From positions 1-58,431 of the forward strand of contig MFDF01000023.1 in assembly GCA_001776785.1 (NCBI GenBank): DNA of 58,431 nucleotides, read 5' to 3'. The notes beneath the pieces were generated by a model that was not told where the DNA came from, searched no databases, and saw only the letters and a list, made by a program, of their open reading frames with translations. Positions 24,860 through 33,524 of the stretch are shown one piece after another (position 1 is the first letter of the stretch; every line of letters begins with the position of its first letter). Source of the DNA: Candidatus Daviesbacteria bacterium RIFCSPHIGHO2_12_FULL_37_16. GTDB lineage: Bacteria; Patescibacteriota; Microgenomatia; Daviesbacterales; UBA10151. Both the position numbers and the translations under genes were made by a program.

Positions 24860-25438
24860 TCAAAGCCTCTTTTCGCGAAGCGAAAATGAACCTTGTCTCA
24901 AAACTGTAATTTTCTCACCATCTATTTTAATTAATGTGGATGGAGGAGAATCTAAAATTCCTGCATCTATATAAAAATCTACATTGTCCCCAAAATAGTT
25001 TTTTGCCTCTTTTATTGTTGATGCTGGTTTTTCTCCTTCAAAATTTGCACTTGGTGCAACTAGGGGACCCGTTTGTTTTAGAAGGTTGAGTAATTGGTTG
25101 TTATCTGGAATTCTAAATGCCAGAGTATTTGTTCCCCTGTGGAGATATTTAAAATCTTCATTCGCGCAATGTAAAATTACACTGACTGAATTGGGCCAGA
25201 TATTTTTTAAAAAATTAGAAATTTTTTCGTTTGGATAAATCTTAAATCTTTCTATATCAGCTAAAAAGGAAATAAGAATAATCATGGGTTTATTCAAAGA
25301 CCTTCTTCTTAGTTTATAAATTCTTTCTACAGTTTGTTGGTTTAAAGCTGAACCGACGATGCCGTATAAAGTGTCAGTTGGTAAGACACCTATACCGCCT
25401 TGTTTCAGAATGTCCATTACTTTATTTGAGTATTTCAT
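24860..25438 (-). CDS. tsaC: L-threonylcarbamoyladenylate synthase (YrdC/TsaC family)
   Basis: 192 aa. GVLPTDTLYGIVGSA...KLRRRSLNKPMIIL...GPLVAPSAN. Confidence 0.82.
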   Translation of the reverse strand: MKYSNKVMDILKQGGIGVLPTDTLYGIVGSALNQQTVERIYKLRRRSLNKPMIILISFLADIERFKIYPNEKISNFLKNIWPNSVSVILHCANEDFKYLHRGTNTLAFRIPDNNQLLNLLKQTGPLVAPSANFEGEKPASTIKEAKNYFGDNVDFYIDAGILDSPPSTLIKIDGEKITVLRQGSFSLREKRL

Positions 25439-25447
25439 AATGGAAGC

Positions 25448-25915
25448 TTAACTGCGGAGTAATATACTTAATCCAAGAAGAACCAGTAATACTGGCCAGA
25501 ACCTGCCGAATTCCTGAAATTGAAATATTCCAAGGTTGTTAAATAGAAATAAAAAGCCGAGTATGATTATAAATAAAGCCCACCAAAATTTTGAATCATC
25601 TTTGGTGGTTGGTCTAGAGATAGTATGGGTGAATTTTTGAGTTGTATTTTTCAAATCCTGCAGGTTTTCTTTTAAAGTATCTTTGGTAATTTCTGAGGTG
25701 TTGGTGCTAGATGGCATTACAATCCAGAGAATAAAATAAATTAAAATACCAGAACCTCCAAAAATTGTTAAAAGGACAAAGATAATTCTTATAATTGTAG
25801 GGTCAATATCAAAAAATTCACCAATTCCTCCGGCAACACCAGCAATAATTTTATTGGTTTCAGACCTGTGTAATCTTTGAGAATTCAGGTTATTGGGTTT
25901 TTCTTTAGTAGGCAT
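25448..25915 (-). CDS. PspC domain-containing membrane protein
   Basis: LHRSETNKIIAGVAGGIGEFFDIDPTIIRIIFVLL is a PspC N-terminal signature. Confidence 0.75.
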   Translation of the reverse strand: MPTKEKPNNLNSQRLHRSETNKIIAGVAGGIGEFFDIDPTIIRIIFVLLTIFGGSGILIYFILWIVMPSSTNTSEITKDTLKENLQDLKNTTQKFTHTISRPTTKDDSKFWWALFIIILGFLFLFNNLGIFQFQEFGRFWPVLLVLLGLSILLRS

Positions 25916-25933
25916 GAAGGTATTTTACATCAA

Positions 25934-26446
25934 CTAGTTTTTCTTTGCATCATAATCTTTTTTTACAAATTCATCTTTGTGTTTTATCATAAGCCAGGCA
26001 TTTTCTTTTCCGCCAATTCTGGTTTTAACAAGAGCAAAAGACCCTTTTAATTTTTTGCCCTTTAAGAAAAATTTTATTTCTCCTTTCTTAATCCCCTCTG
26101 CCATTATTTTCTCATCTTCTTTTCTATCAGGAATTTGTTCCCTTACTCCTTTGGAGATTTCTCTTTCCGGGATATACTCTCCTTCATCCCAAATCTCTAC
26201 TGGGCCTGCACCATATTTTCCCTCAGGGATTGTACCTTCAAATTTTCTAAGAGCGTTAGCTCGCAAGCTTTGCTTATATTCTAAAGAGTGGTCTGGAGTT
26301 TTCATTGCAAGTCTTTTTAGATTTGGATCTAGTGTTGGTCCTTTAGGGATTGCCCAGGATGGCATGACCCCATTGACTTCCAGCCTGAAATCAAAGTGAA
26401 GAGAAGTTGCATTGTGTTTCTGGACTACAAAAACTAATTTAGACAT
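25934..26446 (-). CDS. Stand-alone LigD-type 3'-phosphoesterase domain protein
   Basis: FVVQKHNATSLHFDFRLE..GVMPSWAIPKGPTLDP..KRLAMKTPDHSLEY matches the LigD PE domain core. Confidence 0.8.
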   Translation of the reverse strand: MSKLVFVVQKHNATSLHFDFRLEVNGVMPSWAIPKGPTLDPNLKRLAMKTPDHSLEYKQSLRANALRKFEGTIPEGKYGAGPVEIWDEGEYIPEREISKGVREQIPDRKEDEKIMAEGIKKGEIKFFLKGKKLKGSFALVKTRIGGKENAWLMIKHKDEFVKKDYDAKKN

Positions 26447-26464
26447 AAGTTATAATTCAATGAT

Positions 26465-27061
26465 ATGAGTACTAAGATTATATTATATTTTGAGAAAAGT
26501 GATCCGGTTATTTATTCTTTAATAGAAGAGTATGGGTTAATTGAGGTTGTTGCTTCAAAAACTTATTTTATAAACCTTTGCAGGTCAATAATAAATCAAC
26601 AAATTTCTAATAAAGCAGGCAGGGCAGTTTTTGAAAGATTTATTAACTTATTTCCCAATAAAATCCCTACTCCTGAAAAGTTATTAAAAATTAAGGATGA
26701 AAAACTAAGAAGTGTTGGGATGTCTAAAATAAAAGTGAGTTACTTAAAAGACCTTTCTAAAAGAATTATAAAAAAGGAATTACTTTTGGAAAAGATTGAA
26801 GTTATGGAGGATACTGAAGTTATTGAACAGTTGATTAGAGTAAAAGGAATTGGAGTTTGGACAGCAGAAATGTTTTTGATGTTTTCTTTGGGAAGAGAAG
26901 ATATTTTTTCCCATGGGGATATAGGATTAAGAAATGCAATTAAAAAACTTTACTTTTTAGAAAACCCTTCTAGGAAAGAGATTGAGAAGATTGTGGAAAA
27001 TTGGTCTCCATATAAAACATATGTTTGCAAATTACTTTGGAGAAGTTTGAATAACCAATAA
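26465..27061 (+). CDS. HhH-GPD DNA glycosylase (AlkA / 3-methyladenine glycosylase II-like)
   Basis: VKGIGVWTAEMFLMFSLGREDIFSHGDIGLRNAI is a helix-hairpin-helix plus catalytic Asp region. Confidence 0.75.
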   Translation: MSTKIILYFEKSDPVIYSLIEEYGLIEVVASKTYFINLCRSIINQQISNKAGRAVFERFINLFPNKIPTPEKLLKIKDEKLRSVGMSKIKVSYLKDLSKRIIKKELLLEKIEVMEDTEVIEQLIRVKGIGVWTAEMFLMFSLGREDIFSHGDIGLRNAIKKLYFLENPSRKEIEKIVENWSPYKTYVCKLLWRSLNNQ

Positions 27062-27694
27062 TTCAGGAATTTTTTCTAAAGCAATGCAATCTTCTAATTT
27101 AAAATTTCCAACTTTTGTTCTTTCTAACTGCTTTATATAGCCTCCTGTTTTTAGTTTTTCTCCAATATCTCTTGCGAGAGATCTTATATAAACCCCTGGG
27201 CCTGTGGTTACTTTTAATTCCAGTAGAGGATAGTCATAGTTTAAAATTTCTATATTTTTTATTTCTACTTCTCTTGGTTTTAACTTCACAGTTTTTCCTT
27301 TTCTTGCAAGTTTGTAACTTTCCTGTCCTGAAACCTTGACAGCAGAATAAACTGGTGGAGTCTGTTTTACTTTACCTATGAAACCTTCTAAAACTTTTGA
27401 TACCTCTGATACCTTTGGTACCTTTTCAACTTCCCATTTGGTTTTTTCTCCTTCTTCATCATCTGTTGTGGAATTTTGTCCAAGTTTTACATCTGCAATA
27501 TATTCTTTTTCTTTTTTTACCTCTTCTGAGATTTTTTTGGTTGAATCCCTGCCAATTGCTACAACCAAAACTCCAGAAGCTAGTGGGTCTAAAGTTCCAG
27601 CATGGCCAATTTTTTTAATCCTAGTGAGTTTTTTTATTTGAGTTAAAAGTTGATTAGAGGATGGGCCTTTGGGTTTAAAAACTGCCAGGATCAT
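27032..27694 (-). CDS. truB: tRNA pseudouridine(55) synthase
   Basis: 220 aa. KIGHAGTLDPLASGVLVVAIG catalytic motif. Carries an internal EKVPKVSEVSKV repeat insert. Confidence 0.92.
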   Translation of the reverse strand: MILAVFKPKGPSSNQLLTQIKKLTRIKKIGHAGTLDPLASGVLVVAIGRDSTKKISEEVKKEKEYIADVKLGQNSTTDDEEGEKTKWEVEKVPKVSEVSKVLEGFIGKVKQTPPVYSAVKVSGQESYKLARKGKTVKLKPREVEIKNIEILNYDYPLLELKVTTGPGVYIRSLARDIGEKLKTGGYIKQLERTKVGNFKLEDCIALEKIPELLVIQTSPK

Positions 27695-28671
27695 TTAGGT
27701 TTAACTAAGTTGATAGGGTTTCCATTTAAAAAACTTTTAATATTATCAATTGTGGTTTGCTGGATTTTTTCCTTTGCCTCTTCTGTATTATAGGCATTAT
27801 GGGGAGAAATTAAGACATTATCCATTTCTAATAGTTTGTTTAACTGAGGAAAAAATTCCTGCTTTTTTGAAACTCTCAGAGCTTTCTCATTTTCTATAAC
27901 ATCTAAGGCTGCCCCTGAAAGAATTCCTTCCTCTAATGCTTTTATCAATGCCTCAGTTTGTAAAACTTCCCCCCTGGAGGTATTTACAATTACTGTGCCT
28001 TTTTTAATTAGGTTTATATTATCCAAATTGATAAGATGGTTGGTGGATGGAAGTAGGGGAACATGAAGTGTAATTACATCTGAATTGTTTAAAAGATTTT
28101 CTAAGCTTGTGTACTCAAAACCTAAATCCTGGGCTAAATTTTGGTTAGGGTATGCATCAAAGGCAGCTATTTTCATCCCAAAGCCTTTGGCTATTTTTAT
28201 TACATGGGTGCCAATGTGTCCAGTTCCAATTACCCCTAAAGTTTTTCCTATTAAATCAAATCCTGTTAAACCTTGTGAATGAAATGTTTTTTCTTGTTTT
28301 ACTTTATTGATAGCCTGAGGAATTTTTCTGGAGAGTGCCAAAAGAAGGGCTATTGTATATTCTGCAACTGTTTCTTCACCATAAGTTGGGACATTTGAAA
28401 CTAAAACACCACTTTTTTCTGAAGCTTCTAAATCTATCTGGTCAAAGCCTGTAGATCGGGTTGTTATTAGTTTAAGATTTGGAAGAGCTTTAAGTACATC
28501 TTCATCAATTTTTGAAAGACCAAGGATTGAAATAATTTCATAATCTTTTTTTTCAGGAAGATTTTTTGAATTTATTGGAGTTTCAAAAAAATCTGCTTCA
28601 ATTTCACCCATTTTGTCCTGAAGTGACTCTTTTTCTCCAGGTCTTATATTAAAAAAAGCAATTTTTGTCAT
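27691..28671 (-). CDS. D-isomer-specific 2-hydroxyacid dehydrogenase (D-lactate dehydrogenase-like)
   Basis: 326 aa. GVIGTGHIGTHV NAD-binding motif, NTSRG and SPHNAY motifs. Confidence 0.88.
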   Translation of the reverse strand: MTKIAFFNIRPGEKESLQDKMGEIEADFFETPINSKNLPEKKDYEIISILGLSKIDEDVLKALPNLKLITTRSTGFDQIDLEASEKSGVLVSNVPTYGEETVAEYTIALLLALSRKIPQAINKVKQEKTFHSQGLTGFDLIGKTLGVIGTGHIGTHVIKIAKGFGMKIAAFDAYPNQNLAQDLGFEYTSLENLLNNSDVITLHVPLLPSTNHLINLDNINLIKKGTVIVNTSRGEVLQTEALIKALEEGILSGAALDVIENEKALRVSKKQEFFPQLNKLLEMDNVLISPHNAYNTEEAKEKIQQTTIDNIKSFLNGNPINLVKPK

Positions 28672-28672
28672 A

Positions 28673-29452
28673 CTAATTAAAGTTTAAAATCATAGGTAAA
28701 TGATCTGAAATTAAGATATTTTGAGGTACATTAAAATTATGAACTTTTATGTCTTTTGATACAAGAGTATAGTCTGCAAAACGCTGTTTGCCATAAATAT
28801 TTAAATTGCTCCTGGTTTTTCTTATTTTGTATTTTTTAATTAAGTTTACTAGTCCGGAATCTTCCAGCATTTTAATGCTTTTAGTTGAAGGCATTAAGTT
28901 AAAATCTCCAACTAAAATCTTCTTTCCATTAAAATTATTTAATACCCCCAACGTTTTTTTAGATTGTTTAATGCGGGCAGCTGTGTCAAGCTTTGTACCA
29001 GGAAAAGTAATTCCATGAAGATTGATAACCATATAATCTCTTCCATTTTTTCTGAATTTCAAAATTTGAATATTTTTTGGAAGTATAGATCGTCCTTTAT
29101 TATCTAATGTAATTTCACTCTTTTTCCTAAATACAAATAGATCTTTTGCATTTTTTTCTGTAATAATATTTTTTACAAAAATAGCTGGACCTACTTCCAA
29201 TGGAAAATTTGTTGGAGAATCAAATAAAAAATTTTCATGGGAAGGATGAAAATAACAGGTATAATTTTTCAAACAATTTTTTATATAAACTAAATTATTG
29301 TATTTGTATCCTTCTTTTGAAACTCCATCATTTTCTGAATTTATGACTTCCTGGAAACAAAAAATATCCGTGTCTTTAGACTGGTCATTAATGAAATTTA
29401 GTAGGGGAGTAAGATCATGGCCTCCCCAAATGTTTAGTGAAATAAGTTTCAT
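28673..29452 (-). CDS. Endonuclease/exonuclease/phosphatase (EEP) family protein
   Basis: 259 aa. MKLISLNIWGG...FCFQEV...GDFN...SDHLP pattern. Confidence 0.65.
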   Translation of the reverse strand: MKLISLNIWGGHDLTPLLNFINDQSKDTDIFCFQEVINSENDGVSKEGYKYNNLVYIKNCLKNYTCYFHPSHENFLFDSPTNFPLEVGPAIFVKNIITEKNAKDLFVFRKKSEITLDNKGRSILPKNIQILKFRKNGRDYMVINLHGITFPGTKLDTAARIKQSKKTLGVLNNFNGKKILVGDFNLMPSTKSIKMLEDSGLVNLIKKYKIRKTRSNLNIYGKQRFADYTLVSKDIKVHNFNVPQNILISDHLPMILNFN

Positions 29453-30837
29453 AAATTAGAATTGGTTTTCTTTAAAATTATCAGATCCTGGTTTTGGTAT
29501 TCAATTCCCCAGTATGATGAGGAAATTAACGAGTTAACCCTACTAACAATCTCCTCTGGAGTAGTTGGATAAGAAGATAGTGAAGGTTTTACTATAATGT
29601 ATCTTGAATCATAGATCTCTGGAAATAAATAAATTCTTTGCCTGTTTGCAAGGTAAGGTACAAACGGGTTTTGAGCTGAAACTGAAGCGTTGGCAGGTAT
29701 TATCTGGAGAGATTGGTATATTTGTGAATTATTTTGGATGTTGGATGGTTTTATATAAAATACTCTCCAGATTAAACTGTTTGGTGACAGGCCACTATAA
29801 AAAAGGAAAAAAATCAAAAGCAGGGCAACAGCTATTATTGGAATTCTAAATTTTGATATTGCGAAAACAGTACTTATTGCCAGAAATGGTTCCAGATTTG
29901 CATTATAGTGCCAAATAGTGGTCCAAAAATGAGTTGCAGTTGAACTAAATCTTAAATAGAGAGATGGAAAAACTGTAAACCAGCTTAAAGGGTTAAGTAT
30001 AGGAAGGTATGCGTATTGTTTATATAAATTATCAAAAGTATCTTGCTTTATTGGGGAATTGAAAAAATGGTTTAAAAAAATGCCGGGTCTTGAAAAAAAT
30101 AGAACAATTAATTCTAATGGATTTGTTAAGGGAAGTGCAGATGTTGAAATATAACCCTGTTCAGCCCCTTTCCAAAAAAAAGGCATAATCATAAATTTCA
30201 CTATCAAAAAGTAAAAAAAGGAGACGATTAGTGTAGCAATGCCTGATCTTGTTTGTTTTAAAAAAATTTTATAAATTCCTAAGCCAAAGATTAATATTGA
30301 AGTATCTTCTTTTGTCAGAAGGCTTAAGATTAAGCTTACCCAATAGATATTCCATTTCTTGAAATACCAGCCATAAAGTAAAAATGATAATGGCAAAACT
30401 GAAATTGTAGCCAAATGAAAATCAAAATTTATTGCAGAAGTAATACCTACAGAAGTTAAGTAGCTTAAAGTTATCAGTAAGCTCAAAAGACTGCTTTTTA
30501 ACTTGTCTTGAGTAATTAAATAGATTGGAATAGAGCTTAAGCTAACAAAAAGTGCCTGCAAAATTAGTAAAGTTTCAGATGATGGGAAGAATCTATATAA
30601 AGGTGCAAGAAGTACTAGAGCAATCCCAAAATGGTCTCCCAGAACTAGCATATGTTTGAGGGTGCTAAAAGGTGTTAAACCCTGACTATAGAGATAAATT
30701 GCCTGGGTGTGTATCCCCAGATCAAATGCATTACTTTGGAATGATTGGTGTTTGCTGATTGAAATGGTTGTAAATATGACAAAAAATAGAATTGCTAGTA
30801 GCAAGGGAGTAAGAAAATTATTTTTGGTTAAGTTCAC
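29449..30837 (-). CDS. DUF2079-like polytopic membrane protein (putative glycosyltransferase)
   Basis: 462 aa with many TM segments. The N-terminal loop SNAFDLGIHTQAIY resembles the DUF2079 signature. Confidence 0.6.
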   Translation of the reverse strand: MNLTKNNFLTPLLLAILFFVIFTTISISKHQSFQSNAFDLGIHTQAIYLYSQGLTPFSTLKHMLVLGDHFGIALVLLAPLYRFFPSSETLLILQALFVSLSSIPIYLITQDKLKSSLLSLLITLSYLTSVGITSAINFDFHLATISVLPLSFLLYGWYFKKWNIYWVSLILSLLTKEDTSILIFGLGIYKIFLKQTRSGIATLIVSFFYFLIVKFMIMPFFWKGAEQGYISTSALPLTNPLELIVLFFSRPGIFLNHFFNSPIKQDTFDNLYKQYAYLPILNPLSWFTVFPSLYLRFSSTATHFWTTIWHYNANLEPFLAISTVFAISKFRIPIIAVALLLIFFLFYSGLSPNSLIWRVFYIKPSNIQNNSQIYQSLQIIPANASVSAQNPFVPYLANRQRIYLFPEIYDSRYIIVKPSLSSYPTTPEEIVSRVNSLISSSYWGIEYQNQDLIILKKTNSNL

Positions 30838-30897
30838 ATTTTTCCTTGGGCAAATGGCATTATATTAAGCCGGGTGATAAAATACAAAGATTGTAAG

Positions 30898-30968
30898 CGG
30901 GGAGTGGTATAGTGGTAACACATCGCGCTGGGGGTGCGATATCGGGAGTTCGATTCTCCCCTCCCCGA
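30898..30968 (+). tRNA. tRNA-Pro (anticodon GGG), CCA not encoded
   Basis: Acceptor CGGGGAG/CTCCCCG. Anticodon stem TCGCG/TGCGA with loop CTGGGGG. T-arm GGGAG-TTCGATT-CTCCC. Discriminator A. Confidence 0.9.
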
Positions 30969-30970
30969 CA

Positions 30971-31012
30971 TTTCTTCAGCCCTGATATTTATATCAGACT
31001 TGAAGAAATTTT
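30971..31012 (+). terminator. Long palindromic terminator after tRNA-Pro
   Basis: TTTCTTCA (30971-78) / TGAAGAAA (31001-08) enclose CTGATAT / ATATCAG, followed by TTTT. Confidence 0.5.
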
Positions 31013-31080
31013 GGATGGATTGAGAATTTAACTAGATCTTTGATCTAGTTCGCCAATTTAAATGTGAAATTGGGTGTATT

Positions 31081-31096
31081 TTCTCCCCTCCCCGAC
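31081..31096 (+). repeat. Direct repeat of the tRNA-Pro 3' end (att-like)
   Basis: TTCTCCCCTCCCCGAC is identical to 30954-30969, 127 nt upstream. Confidence 0.5.
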
Positions 31097-31131
31097 TCGT
31101 CGGAATTCGCTACAAAAGTATTACTGATATC

Positions 31132-31159
31132 TTGCGAAAATAACGCGAAAGGATATAAT
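31132..31159 (+). promoter_or_regulatory. recA promoter; predicts a leaderless or near-leaderless mRNA
   Basis: TTGCGA (31132-37), 16 nt spacer, TATAAT (31154-59). The recA ATG lies 9 nt after the -10 box and has no SD. Confidence 0.45.
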
Positions 31160-31168
31160 AATTGTCAA

Positions 31169-32269
31169 ATGGCTAGGAGCGCTTCTACAAACGGTTTTGA
31201 CTCTTCTACGGATGCTAAGAAAAATGCTATTGCTACTGCAATGGCCCAAATCCAAAAACAATATGGCAGTGGGTCTATTATGCGGCTTGGTGAGAGAGCT
31301 GAAAGGATGGCAACTGAGGTTATTTCTACAGGTTCTATTGCTTTAGATTTGGCATTGGGGGTTGGCGGTTTACCTAAAGGAAGAATTATTGAGATTTATG
31401 GACCTGAGGCTTCAGGAAAAACTACAGTTTGTCTGCATGTTATTGCAGAGGCCCAAAAAAAGGGTGGAGTGGCAGCATTTATAGATGCAGAACATGCCCT
31501 TGATCCTCAGCGGGCCCAAAAAATTGGGGTTAATCTGGATGATCTTTTAATATCTCAGCCTGATACCGGTGAGCAGGGTTTAGAAATTGCTGATGCTTTA
31601 ATCAGGTCTGGCGGAATTGATGTTTTAGTAATTGATTCTGTGGCAGCATTGACTCCTAAAGCTGAGATAGAAGGAGAGATGGGTGATGCTGTAATGGGAA
31701 TGCAGGCAAGACTTATGTCTCAGGCTTTAAGAAAGTTAACTGGGGCAATCTCCAATACCAATACTATTGTTATTTTTACAAACCAGTTAAGACAAAAAAT
31801 TGGGGTGATGTTTGGGAATCCTGAAACAACAACAGGGGGACAGGCTTTAAAGTTTTATGCATCAGTTAGACTTGATGTTAGAAAAATAGAAAACATAAAA
31901 CAGGGGGATGTGGTAGTTGGAAGTAGGCATAGGGTTAAAGTTGTTAAAAATAAAATGGCTCCCCCATTTAGAATTGCAGAATTTGATATGGATGATAATG
32001 GAATTTCTCATGAAGGTGAACTTTTGGATGTGGGAATTGAACTTGGGATTTTAACAAAGTCAGGAGCATTTATAAGATGGGGTGAAAATATGTTAGGTCA
32101 GGGAAGGCCTGCAGCTTCAGCATATTTAAAAGAAAATCCAAAAGAGGCAGAGAGATTAGAAAAAGAAATAAGGGAGGTTTGGGGAAAACCAAAAGATGGA
32201 AAAGACCGTTTGGTCGTTGGTGAAGAAGAAGCTGATGAAGGTGCAGAAAAAATATCTGAAACAGATTAA
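31169..32269 (+). CDS. recA: Recombinase RecA
   Basis: Start at MARSAST...; the longer ORF from 31064 reads through the tRNA-end repeat. GPEASGKTT Walker A and the full RecA core. Confidence 0.96.
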   Translation: MARSASTNGFDSSTDAKKNAIATAMAQIQKQYGSGSIMRLGERAERMATEVISTGSIALDLALGVGGLPKGRIIEIYGPEASGKTTVCLHVIAEAQKKGGVAAFIDAEHALDPQRAQKIGVNLDDLLISQPDTGEQGLEIADALIRSGGIDVLVIDSVAALTPKAEIEGEMGDAVMGMQARLMSQALRKLTGAISNTNTIVIFTNQLRQKIGVMFGNPETTTGGQALKFYASVRLDVRKIENIKQGDVVVGSRHRVKVVKNKMAPPFRIAEFDMDDNGISHEGELLDVGIELGILTKSGAFIRWGENMLGQGRPAASAYLKENPKEAERLEKEIREVWGKPKDGKDRLVVGEEEADEGAEKISETD

Positions 32270-32376
32270 TTCTTTGACAAGAATTACAGAAGAAGCTGTA
32301 TAAAGGTTGCTGATATTCATTGAACTGCTTTGTCTGAATTGACTGTCTATATTCAATTAAACTAAACTTAATTATT

Positions 32377-32640
32377 ATGGATGAAAAGTTATGGAATAAA
32401 CTAGTTAAATTGCTTGATCAACAATATGTAAGATTTAGCAGCAGAATTGATAAGTTGGAACAGAAAGTTGTTTCAAGAAATGATGATGTTTTTAATAAAA
32501 TGGATGCTGTATATAAAGAAGTGTTGGATGTGAGACAAGAACAGATAATGCACACAGGCAGCCACATGAGAATTGATGAGGATTTAGAAGAAAACAAGCG
32601 AAAGATTAAAAAATTAGAATCCAAGAGGGTTATAGTTTAA
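32377..32640 (+). CDS. Hypothetical coiled-coil protein (87 aa)
   Basis: ORF only, located between recA and recX. Confidence 0.45.
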   Translation: MDEKLWNKLVKLLDQQYVRFSSRIDKLEQKVVSRNDDVFNKMDAVYKEVLDVRQEQIMHTGSHMRIDEDLEENKRKIKKLESKRVIV

Positions 32641-32727
32641 GTAGTATAATCTTCTGGTGAAAATTACTTCGGTTGAACCTCAGAACCCTCCTTCGCTCAT
32701 AGCTTCGGAGGGCAAGGAAGAATCCAA

Positions 32728-33384
32728 ATGAAAATTACACAAGTTGATCAACAAAAGAGAAATCCCCGTCGTTTTAATGTCTATTTGGATGGGCAGTTTG
32801 GTTTTGGGGTGGATGAGGATTTAATTGTAGATAGAAGATTAATTATTGGTAAAGAGCTCTCCCCTGCTGATTTAGAAAAAATTTTATTTGAAACAGAAGT
32901 CGGGAAATTAATGGTGCGGGTTTATACACTTTTGAATATAAGGTTAAGAACAGAAAAAGAGATACGAGATTATATGAGGGCGTTATCATTTAAAAGAAAG
33001 GTTAAGGGTGATGATGAAATTTCAGAGATGGTGATAGAGAGTTTGATTGAGAAACTAAAGCAGAAAAAACTTTTAGATGATGAGGTGTTTGCCAGAGAAT
33101 GGGTTAGGTCAAGAAGAGCCAGTAAGAAAAAAGGCAATATTGCATTGAAAGCAGAGTTATTTCTAAAAGGCGTCGACCGCAGCATTATTGAAACAGTTTT
33201 AGAAGAAGAAGGAAATTCAGGAACCCAGGAGAATTTAGCTGGCCAGGCCTTAGAGAAGAAGATGAAATCATTTCAGGCACTCCCCTATTTAGAAAAAAAG
33301 AAAAAAGCTTTGGAATTTCTTATGAGAAGAGGATTTGACTACTCCATCTCAAAAGAAGTTGTTGAAAAATTCTTAGAGAAATAG
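32728..33384 (+). CDS. recX: Regulatory protein RecX
   Basis: 218 aa. Position next to recA plus RecX-type helical repeats (R...YL...GF...). Confidence 0.78.
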   Translation: MKITQVDQQKRNPRRFNVYLDGQFGFGVDEDLIVDRRLIIGKELSPADLEKILFETEVGKLMVRVYTLLNIRLRTEKEIRDYMRALSFKRKVKGDDEISEMVIESLIEKLKQKKLLDDEVFAREWVRSRRASKKKGNIALKAELFLKGVDRSIIETVLEEEGNSGTQENLAGQALEKKMKSFQALPYLEKKKKALEFLMRRGFDYSISKEVVEKFLEK

Positions 33385-33524
33385 TACAATAACTATAAGT
33401 TAGAGAACTTTGAGGAAAATAACTTGAGGTTTTTATGGAATATTTATCTTTTACCAGATTAAATTAATCCCCTATCCGCTTAGCTGCGGAATTTTCCATT
33501 CTCTAATTTAGAAAGAAAAATAGA

